Positions 12,601 through 24,722 are shown, counted from the stretch's first letter. The stretch: DNA of 64,000 nt from Vitrella brassicaformis CCMP3155 (GCA_001179505.1 CDMY01000278.1:1-64000); one strand, 5' to 3'. A program made the numbers and translations. Notes: generated by a model from the letters alone, not told the origin.

Positions 12601-15600
12601 GAACATCAAGCGTCGGAAGCAGCTGCAGCATGACACGCAGTTGTTGATCAAACTCACGGCCAGGACGGACGTACAGGTGTGTGGTTGAGTTTCTCGGGCG
12701 ATATAGCAGGCAGGCAGGCAGTCCGTGTGTATGCGGTGTGCGTGTTGTTTGGTTGTTTGTGTAGGCACATGATGGGTCGACCCCAGCGATGCACGCGTAC
12801 TTGACGTTCATCCCTCAGGTGATCAAGGAGGTGGTGGCTCACTATCCTAACATGACACTCGTACAATGCCACTCATGTGAGAGTGTACGCGCCAGGTCAG
12901 GGAATGCGTCAGCCAGACATCCACATACAGCTGCCGGCCAATGAGCATTGACGTGTCTGTCTGTCTGTCTGTCTCACCATCAGGTCCGTCTTTTGGCGTG
13001 GCATAATTGGCTTCGCCAATGAATCGACCATCCTGCACATGTTCAGCATCGAGCCGCGCCTCCAAGTAAGACTGACACATGTGAATAACCACATCACTCA
13101 TGTCCTTGCGTGGGACCATGCTCGTCCAGGTACATTGGACGCCTGATACCTTCACACATCTTGAGGCCATGGAGGCCGTCTGCAGACATGGAAAGCTGGA
13201 CAGCAAGCTGATAATCAACAATCAGCGAGAGAAACAGGCTCAAGGATCATGTCTCTTCTCGTGCAGGCTTTCTACTCATTTGATGGCGCTGGGCAGACGC
13301 CCCTTTTCCGCGCCGCGCGAAGTCTCTCGCCGCACGCTGTCGCGGTAGGTGAGGCAGGCACCAGTCGACAGTCCAACAGACAGATGTTTGTCTGTCTCTC
13401 TTTCACTCGATTGATCAACAGAAGCTGTTGGAGTACGTGCCGCGAGATCACCCACAGTCGTTAGTTGGCTACATCCCGCCGCCAGACAAAGCCCCAGGAC
13501 AGGAGCTGATTAAGTACCTTTCCTTTCTCTGGAAAATGCTACCCTTCCACGTTCCAAATCTGCCATCATCGGCCTTCATCGATAGCTTAGGCAGCCCGCA
13601 ATGGAGTTACTTCTCGCTTCTCCTGCCAGTGGCCTTACGCGAGTATGATAAGGGAATGGACAGCGCAGTGCTGTCGGACGAGGACCGTGAGGCGCTGGGC
13701 CGTCGTCTGACGACAGTCTTCCGCCGGTTATTCGAGGAGGCAGGTACGTTGCACGCTCACGCATGGATGGATAGAGTGTATGCATTCTTGTATCTGTGTC
13801 TCCAGCGATCCCCGATCTGGACACGTTCCGCAGAGTACAGCACATGGGACATGTGCGCACCTACGCGCAGCTTGCCAGATATGTGTCTCTCTTCGACAAG
13901 GGCCAGGGGGGAGAGCCTGACGATCCGCAGGCCGCCAACTGGCCCCTGGAGTGGCAGGCGGGCCTGGATGTCACAAACAAGTCGCTGATCGAAGAGCACG
14001 AGAACGGGACGAAATTCTGGCGGTGGGGCGAGCATCGCCTTCCTGTCGAGCCCTGGTCATGGACCCTCTCCTTCGTCGAGATGGAGCTGGCGCCAAGAGA
14101 GGAGGTCGAGGCCGACCCTGCCATATGCTCGGACATAAACAACGCCAATCGGGCACGCAAAGTGTGCGTAGGCAAAATGGATGCATTCATATGAAATCCC
14201 GCCTCTTGTTTTTCAGCTATTGCAGCATCGGCAAGGCATTCGAGGCAATCGAGGCTGACAGGAACCAGCGCGCGGCACTCTTTCTGCGGTGACTCAACCA
14301 TGCAAACACACACGCCAATTCTCTGAGTCACAATGCGGTCCCTCTTTGCAGGCCTCCTGTGCAAGAAAGCGCCCAAGAGGCACATTACGAGGTCTGTCGA
14401 TGACAAAAACATGACATCCTCGAAAATGAGACATGTGTGCTTAATCCCTCTCTGCAGCTGTGCAGCGACATGAAAGTGAACGTCTCTGAGCTGCTGCAAG
14501 ACCTCGGTGAGACGCCGATGCCCTTCACAGAGTCACAACTCGAGTATGTCTACGTCCACATCCGACCATCGCCACATGACACGACAGCAGATAAGCAAGC
14601 TCACCCTTGGCGCGCCATTCTCACGTGTGAGGCAGTCTCTTATGAGAAGGAGACAGCCAGGATGATGGAGCTCTTCGAGCACCTTCGGAAACTGGCCAAG
14701 GTCGATCCAACCTCACTCACCTCATGTGGCGGGGAGCTATCAGCCAAGAGAGACCACAACGTCGGGTGTCTGGACACGAGCTATAACTTCCACTTCTCGG
14801 CACTGCAGTTCTTCGGCAGCTATCTCATCCTGACTGACGTGACGATCCGTGGCGCGCCTTGGTTCGGTTTGTATATGCGGGATGGGCACGTCATCGCCCG
14901 CCACGTGCGATTCGAATCAAACGGCCGGGCTTTGCAGCACTACCACGAAGGCAAGAGGAAGGACCTCAGCCTCAAACCTCCGTTATTGGGCTCATCTGCG
15001 CACCGACATGAGGATGAGACCGGAGACGAGGAACAAGAGGGCATGTCGGAGATGAGCAATCTCTTTAAGCTTCGCTTCAAGGCCAGGAAGGCACGCAAGC
15101 ACACCGATCTACTCATCCTCTCAGGGACAACACATTGACCCTCGCGATTGTTGCTTGACAGGGCAGCGCCGTGATGATCCGCGCCAACCTGTTCTCCCTG
15201 GGTCAAGGCAGGAAGCACGACAGCGGCCACAGACACATATTCGACAACTCTGTGTTTGAGGACAATCTCGGAGAGAATGGAGCGGCCATCCAAGTGACGT
15301 ATGACCCCTTCTGCCATTCAAGGGACACCACAACGTCGATCCGCGAGTGTGTGTTCCGCAACAACACTGCCAACACGGGCGGGGCGATATATGAAAGGCA
15401 CTGGGGCGGCAGCGGAGGCCCATCGACCAACGTGCTCCACATCGAGAGCTCGACATTCGGACAGAACTTGGTAAGCGTATGTGACATTTGCAGCGTGAAA
15501 GGGTTTGCGTGTTGGGATATGTCCACATGAAGGCTCAGGAGGAGGGCGGGGCAGTCTTCTAGGCACAGCAAGTTGCTACCGAGCCCATACAGATCCGAAT

Positions 15601-18600
15601 CGGAAACACCACCTTCACGTGAGAAAGGACGCAAAGCTGCCCTCGCTGCTCACGCTTCTTCTGTCTCTCGCTTGGGTGCAGTCAGAACATTGCCTTCACA
15701 CGAGGCGGTGCCGTCTTCATTGCCCAAGGAGAGGTGGATGCAAGCAATACGGTCTTTTCGGAGAATGCGGTGCTTGGAGAGGACGACGACGGCTACGGCG
15801 GGGGAGTTTATGCTATTAGCAGTGCGCGGACCAGCCGATTCTCTTTGCAAAACACTGAGATGGTGGACAACTATGCCAAATGGGGGGACCATATCGATTT
15901 TACCTTCCCAGGCATGACACGCGCTCGTGCCCTCTATTAATGCGTCACTGGCTGTGTATGGTCTGTGTGTATGGGCGCGAGACGTGTGGAGCTGGCAAAC
16001 ACGTCAATGCGGGCGACACGAAATGGCCTCTTTCGATTCCAATCCCGCAATCGCGTACCCCTCGTGATATCCGTAAGCTGGTCGACTCGGCATGGCATCC
16101 CGCCTGGCAGTTTCGATCGAGCAAGCATGTTTCTGCTTTATCTGTGTCAGGATAACAACATCTCGGAGTCGACATTCATCGCTCCTCCCAGCATGACTGT
16201 GCAGTGCAAGCCCGGCGAGCAGCTGGTAATGCAGGGAGACCCATACAGCCTTAAGATGCTCGTCAGGGTACATGAAGAAGAATCGTGGACACGGCAGCTG
16301 TCATGCTTTGCCGGTGTCTCGATCGTTGATGGTCAGTGCAAGACGTGCAAGCCGCCATCGTATTCGCTTCGTGCGGGGACGCTCCACGGCGGCCCCACCA
16401 TGCCATACACATTCACGGAGGGAATCGGTAACAAAGGGAAAAGAGCACATCTGGTCTCATCTCGGATGTAGCCCTTCCCTTTGAGATGCGTCCATCCAGA
16501 GGGCGAGCACCCGTGTGTGGCGCACTGCCCGAATGGCGTCGACTGCGACCAGGGCTGGGGTGATGTGTTCAGCCGCCCGGGTACGCTTGAGACACACCAT
16601 GAGCATTTTGCACCCGACGGGCATATCTGACATTGATGTTCGTCAGGCTACTGGTGTCAGAGCTATGGGCCGTCAAGCGACATCGCGTGCTACGGTGCAA
16701 GAGAGAAAATTGCAACGACTACAACAGCCAGCTGTGCCACGACCCGTCTCTCTACCACACGAAGCGCTGGCGGCAGTACCTTGAAGAAAGGAAAATGGGA
16801 CTCGCGCCGCCCATGATTGCCACGAGCGAACAGCAAGGAGGGAAGAAAAGTGAAGCCATAGTCACGTACGGCCACTCTGGCGAGCTGCGCCCATGTGGCG
16901 GCTTGATTGAGGCCGGCCATGCGTCACCATGCCCCGGTCAGCCCATATAGGAGACATGATAGACAGTGAATTGACTGCAGCCAGCTGGATGGCATGCTGG
17001 CTTGCAGGCGACACGAGCGGCCCCCTGTGCGCGGCCTGCAATGGACACAGCAGATTCAGGCTCTCACTCGGTCATGTCCTCCCTCTTATTATGCATGCAT
17101 CAAGGGCACACATATACATGTGACTGACAGCTTTCGTTGTGTGTGTGCAGGTGGCTTCGAGTGCAGTCGTGAGTGCGCGAGGGAGCTGACGGCCTCTGAC
17201 TGGCTCAAGTGGATGGCCATACCGCTATTTTGCCTTGTCTTCGATGCATCTATCCTTCTGGGGGGCGGTCAAGGCTATGGATTGTGGAAATCTCTTCTTT
17301 ATTACGAGAACATATTGGCGATCCTGGATGTGTCGTCGCTCACAGAGTCCGGCATGCAGGCGCTGGTGAGTAACAAACAGCCCACCAACCAACCTACCTA
17401 CCTCACCCACCCCCCCGTCACGTCTCTCTCTTTGTGTATGTGCTGTTTAGGCATTCTTTTCCCTCTTCTGCTGGACTACGACGCACTGAGTGTCCACTTT
17501 GAGAGCAGTGGGTCATCCTTTGTCACGGATGCCCTGTCGTTGTGTACGTGGCCGTCCTTCACTGACTACACTAAGATGTCTTTCCCGCTCGTCAAGTGGC
17601 TGGTGATTTTTGTCATCCCTCTCATGATCGCATTTCATCTCTGCTTTGCCCTGGTGCGCATCTACGCGTCGGAGATCCCCCAACGACCGGCCAGCGAGGA
17701 CCACCACCAGGCAGCGAGAAGGTGCCTCGCCCACTTTCTGTCAATGGAGCCGCCACCGCCGGCATCCTGGGACAAGACCAACGACGCCATATTTAAGATG
17801 ATGCGGCGCTATATTGATCTCTTTACCTACCTGCTCGTCCACATGGTCAACCCCGCCTGTGTGGTGGTGGTTTCGCAGATGCTTCACTGTGTCGCCATCA
17901 AAAGCAGCGATGGCAGCGTTGCCCGGCGTTACTTCTATGCGGGGTCTCACACGTGCGCCCCTGAGGGGTTGATTTTTGTGGTGCTTGGAATCCCTGTGTC
18001 GATTCTTGCGGTCATGTTCTTGCTGATTGTGTTCCCCTTTGCGCTGTGCCTGCACCTGTTCTTCACGCCGCGGCTGCCAATCCTTGAGGACTCATTTAGG
18101 TCACTCGAGCTCTCATATAAAGAAGAATACAGATGGTCAGACGACAATCTTGAAGGAGACACAGAGACTGACGGACTGAGCCATACGTTTGTTTGCTGAT
18201 GGTATGGTGTGCGGCAGGTGGGATGTCACGCTGGTGTTTCGCCGCCTGTTTCTGCTGAGTGGGGCTGTCCTGATTATCGACCCATTGGTGCGTGCCCGCT
18301 TCCTGTTCGCCGGCTGCCTGGTGGTGCTGCTGGTCCACCTCTTGGTCAGGCCGTTCCGTTATTGGTTCGACGACGCGATGGAGTCGATAACATTGGCGAA
18401 TCTGGTGATTGTGAGTGGCGGGTCGGCGTGTGTGCTGTCGGCCTGGCACGAGGCGGATGTCGACGTCGACGCTGAGGGCAAGATCTATGGGGTGAATCCT
18501 AGCCCATCGGTGAGTGAGGTCAGCCAGTCTGTCTGTCTGTCGGTCTGTCTGTCTGTCTGTCTGGGAGACAGACACACTCACGAGTCACGGCAAGAGCCTG

Positions 18601-19230
18601 CCTTTCGTTGTGTGTGTGTGTGTGTATTCGCCTCTGTGTATCAGTGGAGTCAGTTTCTCGGCTTCCTGTTGCTGCTGCCCATCATACCCTGGTGTGGCTA
18701 TGCCTGTAAGCCCACACAGACACACACACACACACAGACAGGCGGGGATTTGATTCACTCACCGTATCTGATGTGGTCGTTGGTTCGTGTGGTGTGCAGG
18801 GATGAATGTGGAGGTCTTCCTTCAACGAGTGGCCAAGCTGTTGGGTCTCGGTAAATCACAAGACGCCGGCGGCCGTCCAGTTACCAGCCCCTCCCCGGCC
18901 CCCTCTTCACAAGGCTCGCTCAGCCACATCCACAGCAGCATACTCGAGAGCCTCTCTCATCCACGCAGACGGACCGATGCGGCCCAGCACATGGCTATAG
19001 AGCCACTTCTGCCCCCACCAGCACCATCACCACCGGCGGCAGCGGCGGCACCACCCGACAGTGGCGATGACGATATGAGGCGGTGGCGGGCCAGGCGGCT
19101 CTCACGGACAGGGAGGGAAGATGATGTCAGTGCAGGACAGTCTAGGAGGGGCAGCAGAAGCAGTCCCCTGCCCCCCGACCATGACGCACCACCGGACAGC
19201 CGCGCTGGAGAAGACAGACAGGGTGGATGA
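9674..19230 (+). CDS. Large multidomain membrane protein: putative signal peptide, ankyrin repeats, Pmp/pectin-lyase-like beta-helix, Cys-rich region and multi-pass (about 7-9 TM) domain
   Basis: N-term MWPLVLLLIHWLHG. Ankyrin motifs LPLSFAILRNDLDAVRLLHEGGADPN, GNTVLHIAA, GRTPL, GWTAVHLAC, GFTPIFY, GQTPLF. GGA[I/V] and FxxN repeats (FRNNTANTGGAIYE, TRGGAVFI, FSENAV..GGGVYA). CxxC-rich exons 16200-17170. TM exons 17200-18700 including RRLFLL and LVHLLVRPF. In-frame splice joins were traced at 13743/13805, 14164/14216, 14289/14351 and 14392/14457. It could instead be two adjacent genes. Confidence 0.65.
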
Positions 19231-20299
19231 GGGAGGGAGGGAGGGTCAGCCGCTGCTGTCCGTGTTGGTGGGGCCTTGGGTGGCCTGGTGGTGATAAGCA
19301 GAGGAGAGACAGGCAGGGAGCAGTCACAGACACGCGATGACACGTCACGAGAGAGGGAGAGGGACTGTTGGTTAGCTGGATGGGTGGGAAGAGGTCAGGC
19401 CCTCCCTGTGTGTTATTTATATGTGTGTGAGTGACGACACACGTGTGTCCATCGATTGTGATCTGTGTCATTTGGTCAGTCAGTCAGCAGGACATGTAGG
19501 TAGGTACGTAGGCCGATAGATGTGGACGGACGTCAATGAGTGAGTGAGTGTAATTAAAGGTCTTTGTCTTTTACGGTTAGGACGGAGGGGCAAAAGCATT
19601 GAAGGCGTCCGTCCACGAGTACTTACTGATGAGTGTCCATCGACCCACCACACGACAGACACGCCTGAACCCCACAAAAGAAACATCAACACCCGTGTGC
19701 TCTGCTGTATGTATGTGAATTTCGCGCGTATGTGTCACATTCACTGTGCAAAGGGAGGGAGCAGAGCACCAACAAAACGCAAAAAGACGCCCCTAATCGT
19801 ACCTACCGTATGAACCACACGACCACACACATGACACACATGACTGACACACATGGTCCTTACTACAAGGGTCTCTGCCTAGCTGCATTTGAAGTGCGAC
19901 AGACAGACACCTTGCGATCCGATCCACAAGCTGGTCAGTCAGTCAGTCAGCACCCATACAGTCAGTACACCTCACAACTAACGCTCACGCATAGCATGCT
20001 CTCACTCCCAACCAAAAGAAAGGGCCAGGCACATACACACAAGGAAAATGCCCTTCCACTCACATCACTCACAGTCATTCCCCGCTGTTGCCGCCCTCCT
20101 GCACGTATTCCGCGCAGGGGAAAGTGGCCCATCCCCGACATAACTTTACAAAATACCTGCATGGCCTGCCGGCGTCAGTCGATCAGCACGACATGAAAGG
20201 AAACTGAAACGCACACCGCGCTTCAAAGAAAAGGAAGACAGACAACGCCCATTGATCGATCCTTCCAAAATGCCAGCCATCCATCCATCCATCCATCCT

Positions 20300-20997
20300 T
20301 CAGATATTGCAGGGGTCTACGACGACTCCCTTCTCCGCGAGCGCCTCGACGACGAGAGCGATGAGGGCTTGCAGGCGGAGCAGAATCTCCTTGAGCTGGT
20401 CCGCCGACAGGAACTTCAGGAACAGGGACGTCCCGCTGCCATCCGTCGGTGGCGGGCCCTGCTGCGGAACGCCGCCGTGATGACGCATTTTGTGGTGGCC
20501 GTGATGGGGATGATGTCCGCCAAACAAACTGCGCCGGACAAGGACACGCTTGAAAAGCTCCTCGAGGGCGTCTGTCGTGAGATGACAAACAAGCGAGGTC
20601 AGATGCGTTGTGTTCTCCACATGGTGTGTGTGCCTACTTACCCAGGAGCTTCAACACGAACTTGAAGAACTACAGTACACACACAGCAGAGGACGGGCGA
20701 ATGGGGCAGTGTGTGGGTATGTGTGTGCGTGTGTGGGGATGAAAACGTCTACGTCTCCCTCGCCCACCAACCTCTTCTATAAGCTCCTCGACTTGAGTGT
20801 CTCCAAACTCCTGCAGGAAACGTAGGGGGTTCTGGAGCCCGGCTGTCTTCTCGCTCTCCTCCTGAGACGGGATCACACACAGCCAAGCCCCTTTCTCCCC
20901 TTCCTCCCCGTTGTGTGCCTCTCACGTTCGGGTCGGCGAGGGCAATGGGGAGCAGCACGAACGCCAGAAGGCCACACACAGCGGCGCAACGAGCCAT
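20300..20997 (-). CDS. Small secreted protein (~155 aa) with amphipathic helices and a His/Gly-rich linker
   Basis: Four exons joined at GT-AG sites give MARCAAVCGLLAFVLLPIALADPN|EESEKTAGLQNPLRFLQEFGDTQVEELIEE|FFKFVLKLL|DALEELFKRVLVRRSLFGGHHPHHGHHKMRHHGG...VVVDPCNI*. Intron (GT)n tracts lie on the minus strand. Confidence 0.65.
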
Positions 20998-21181
20998 GCC
21001 GACTTCTGCACCAACACACGTTTCTCCTATAACGGGGCTCAACGGGCTCAGAAATAGTGGGCAATCACACAGTTTTTGACAAAGCTCGCAGCAGCAAGAC
21101 AGTACACGATTCCAAGCCGGCCGGACGCCAAGGCACGCGGCAACGCGGCCTTTCAGAGCCAGGACTACATGTGCACACTGG

Positions 21182-21746
21182 GGCCTCCATCCGGTATGCA
21201 CGTTGAATGACGCTACAAGTAAGACTGGATGTGTGTGTGTGATTGTGTTGCTCGGCCTGTCGCCCTCACTCGACCCTCTCCACTACTTCCGGCAAATAAA
21301 TAAATACACACCCACCCAAGACACACAGTCGACCGACGTGTCTAGCTTCGTGTGTGTTCGTGTGTCTCATATCAGTGTGCATAATCTGGGTCAGTCCGTC
21401 AGTCTATATGCACAGTCATGCCTTTCGGGGCGTGCAGTGCTGCAGGCGTGTGTGTTTCCTGAGGTAACACGGTGACGATATAGACCACTGATGGCCATTG
21501 GCTTGAACCAGTTTTGAATTCTATCTCACGGGCCCCGACACGACGACCACCGTGTGAGCCACACAACGACAGAGAGAGAGACAGACACATGACTGACTTA
21601 AGAGGAAGGAGAGACGGATAGAGGGCTGACTTGATGGATGGATGGATGCAGTAATTGCAATAAAATGATAACCTGACTTGATCGTCTTTCCAATCGCATC
21701 CAGTCTTACTTGTGGCGTCATTCAACGTGCATAGCGGATGGAGGCC
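21182..21746. repeat. 50-bp inverted repeat pair (21182-21231 and 21697-21746) around a ~465-bp spacer
   Basis: Left arm GGCCTCCATCCGGTATGCACGTTGAATGACGCTACAAGTAAGACTGGATG is the reverse complement of the right arm with 2 mismatches. No target-site duplication is visible. Confidence 0.9.
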
Positions 21747-22264
21747 AGATTGCCGTAATTCAGCTGAGCTGGGAAAATGAATGACCGTCGAAAACGGACC
21801 GTCTCGCACACCCAGTCGTTCCTCTCTTCTTCTCTCTTGCTGCCTTTATGTACACATACATGGGGAACGTCATGGGGAAGCCGGCTGTCTTATTTGGTGC
21901 TCTTTCTCGCTCTTTGCTCGTCAATGACTCGGCCGCAGCTGCGGTGAAGTCTAATTGTGTTGGTGATGCCAAAAAGGGTCCGGCTCGCCTGACGATCGCT
22001 ACAATGCAGTACTTGGCTAAGACCGATAGACTGCGAGTTAAAACAAACATTGACACGGCCAGTAACAACATGCATCGACACAGACGTACTGACGCCCAGT
22101 CGTCTCGCACCACATGAGAGAGGGTCGCTCCCTCCCCGACTCCCCACCCCTCCACCCCCCATGCACAAGACACCGATCCATGCAGGCCCGTGTATTCTGC
22201 GTGCGTCGCACTTTCTGTACATCTACAGAACAGAAACCACGAATCAATGCGCAGATGCATCGAT

Positions 22265-22871
22265 TCAGTCACGCTTGACTGGCATGATGGCGGCCCATGC
22301 GTATGAGATGGCTGCGGGATTGTAGACCAGGCCCAATCCTGAGCGGACACGCAGAGACGCACCCACACAAACACACATAGGCACACGGAGCCTCTCTGTC
22401 TGTCTGTCTGTCTGTCTGCGAATGGGTGGTGTATTACCCCTTTTCTCAGCGAGCTCTACAGCCATCAGGTCTACACACACAACACACGCACACACACACA
22501 CAATGCGACATTGTCAGACACGGTCAGACACACAGACAGATGGTGTTCTTACAAAATGATGCCACGCCGCCTTTCCAATCCGGCAGATCTTCACGTAAGA
22601 ACAGCTCCGCTTTTTCCCTGCTGAAACCAGCAGAAGACAGCCTGCAGCAAGCAAGCACAGAAGCCACGAGGCACACACACATAACTAGACGCACTCTCTC
22701 GCACGCACGCAATTCATTGGCAGTCACGTAGGCTGCATCCCACCTTTCTGTCAGCAATCCTTTCTTCATGCGATTCTCGCCGTCAAGTAGTACCATAAAC
22801 ATGTTCTCCCCGTCAGTCACCCACTGACGGAGCTCATCATCGGACGGCGGTGGGCCTTTCTTCCCAGCCAT
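22265..22871 (-). CDS. Small hypothetical protein, multi-exon
   Basis: Coding-like exons MAGKKGPPPSDDELRQWVTDGENMFMVLLDGENRMKKGLLTERWDAAY, GFSREKAELFLREDLPDWKGGVASFCKN and LMAVELAEKRG are separated by (GT)n-rich introns. No recognisable domain. Confidence 0.5.
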
Positions 22872-23794
22872 CTGGCCCTGCCACACGGACAAACAAACTG
22901 GTTGAGAGAGGTCAGTATGCGCGCCGTTGCCTCCCTTTTCCCACTCACTGCTGCCGTCATGATCGCATCGAACCACCCGTCTTTGCCCAACGCTGGGATG
23001 GCGTGAGTGATCATGGTGAGGGGATGAAGCACCACCCGGTCAGCGGCGAGCAGACGTCTTTCTCTGGGCTTGCAGGTGATGCCATTGCCCCTGTTGGTGA
23101 AGCTGCTCGTGCACGGGTGATGACGGATGAGGAACGACAATGCTCTTGTAGTGGTTGTGCCAGTCAGGGAAGCAGATGACGCCGCTGTCGCCAGGCAGAT
23201 GGCAACGACCGCATACATCATCCAAAGACGGAAAAGGGATCTAGGCGGGTGAGAACGGCTGAGCTTTCCATCCCGCTCACGCAGCTGCGCCTCGGCAGCT
23301 GTCTTGGAACTTCGTTGCTGCGCCAGTTCCGCCTTTAACGCCTCGACATCGGCTCGTGCGGTCCCCACGCGCTCCTCACTCTCTGCCAGTGCCGTGTCAC
23401 CCTCCACCAGCTGCGCCTCAGGCGCATCTATCTTGGACCCCATCGCCGCGTTGCTGTCCTGCAGCTGCCTGATGGTAGCTGTCTGCTGCTCATCGCGCCA
23501 GGCCGCTTGCTGCCTCTCGAGAGCCAGCCGCTTCTCGAGATCTGCATGAGCAAGCCGCTCCTGCTGCTGCCTAATCTGTCGCTCTGTTTCGATGAGCTGG
23601 TCGGCGGTTTCCTCGTGCGTCTGCACCCGGGGAGATGATGGGTCTGACATCCGCTCGTCCCTGGCAAGGACAATCAGCCTGTGGTCGCCTGTGTGTCGAG
23701 ATTGCAGCAGATCTGAGTACCGACGACGTCGTGAGCCCACGCTTGGCGTCCTGACGGCCTCAAAACCCTGCAAAGCTGGAGATCTATCCTCCAA
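22817..23794 (-). CDS. Hypothetical coiled-coil protein with hydrophobic C-terminal segment
   Basis: 325-codon ORF; likely start is MSDPSS at 23650. Long E/Q/A/R heptad region, then LWMMYAVVAICLATAASSA. The true 3' end is uncertain. Confidence 0.5.
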   Translation of the reverse strand: MEDRSPALQGFEAVRTPSVGSRRRRYSDLLQSRHTGDHRLIVLARDERMSDPSSPRVQTHEETADQLIETERQIRQQQERLAHADLEKRLALERQQAAWRDEQQTATIRQLQDSNAAMGSKIDAPEAQLVEGDTALAESEERVGTARADVEALKAELAQQRSSKTAAEAQLRERDGKLSRSHPPRSLFRLWMMYAVVAICLATAASSASLTGTTTTRALSFLIRHHPCTSSFTNRGNGITCKPRERRLLAADRVVLHPLTMITHAIPALGKDGWFDAIMTAAVSGKREATARILTSLNQFVCPCGRARWLGRKAHRRPMMSSVSG

Positions 23795-24089
23795 GCTCGC
23801 ACATGTGGCGATCGCTTCGCAATGGACCGCGGATGAGTTCTCGAGCCGCGCGAACGGTGCAAGTCCGACTACAGGTGAGTCCTACTCAGTGGCAGCTGCA
23901 CACCAACACGACTTCTCACCGCTTCTTGATCTCCTGCCATGGTGTGTGTTGCAGAATGACATCCTCATGAAGTGAAAACATTCCGCTTCTCACACCCACC
24001 CGTAGGCAAGCTGCAGCACGCCACGCCTTGTCTGTGTGCTATGTGTCATCCGTATTGCGCGCAGGTCGTTCGTCGGCCGTTCGTCGCTG

Positions 24090-24722
24090 ATGCCCCGGTT
24101 TCCTCTTCACCGGCTCTCGCGGCATCTCTCACCCCTTCGCCGCCTCGCCAGCAGCATCCAACTCACGGCTGACGGCCGACGCGTGTGGCATGCACTGCCC
24201 GCATCCCAGCGGCTGCCCGTCGCGCGCCACCTGCACGAGAGGCAGCAGGACGTGACATCATTTCCGCGTGAGGATCAGGTGGAGCTGTTTGCCGCCCTCG
24301 CGATGGTCAAGGTGAAGCATGCCACCGTCATGGTATTGGAGCAGCAGCTGGCGGCGCGCGAGCATGCACTGGGAGAGGCGACAAAGCGCGTGATGGATGC
24401 CGTCCAGCAAAGCAAAGAGGCGACAGGCCGGCTCAAGGCTGCCGAACAGCAGCTTACAGATCAAGAAGCGGCTATCTCAAGCACCCAGGTGCAGCTGGTG
24501 GAGTGCAACGAGGCGCTGAAAAAGAATACCAAGAGCCTGGCAGACGCTCAGGACAGCATCAAGAGCCAGAAAGAGGCAGCAGGAAAGGCTGAGGGTACCA
24601 TCAAGGACAAGAATGACCGGCTGAAGGATACTCAACAGCAGCTGGCAGATCGAGAAGCCACTGTCTCCAGCCTCAAGGAGCAGCTGGCCGCCGCTCAGTC
24701 TGTTCCGCTCATTCTGAGTTGA
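24090..24722 (+). CDS. Hypothetical coiled-coil protein with MPRFPLHRLS leader (paralog of 1234-1698)
   Basis: ATG directly after an acceptor-like CAG at 24064; 30 of the first 39 residues are identical to the ORF at 1234; long heptad repeat to the C-terminus. Confidence 0.6.
   Translation: MPRFPLHRLSRHLSPLRRLASSIQLTADGRRVWHALPASQRLPVARHLHERQQDVTSFPREDQVELFAALAMVKVKHATVMVLEQQLAAREHALGEATKRVMDAVQQSKEATGRLKAAEQQLTDQEAAISSTQVQLVECNEALKKNTKSLADAQDSIKSQKEAAGKAEGTIKDKNDRLKDTQQQLADREATVSSLKEQLAAAQSVPLILS

Noticed and set aside
9674-19230. A Notch-like pathway assembled from the ankyrin gene and the LNR-EGF gene
   Set aside because: They are 44 kb apart on separate transcripts, the ankyrins appear N-terminal, and no CSL, RAM or PEST features were seen.
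20252-20825. Plus-strand ORFs (137 aa and 71 aa) as a gene
   Set aside because: They are the antisense shadow of the signal-peptide gene at 20300-20997, which has consistent splice sites.
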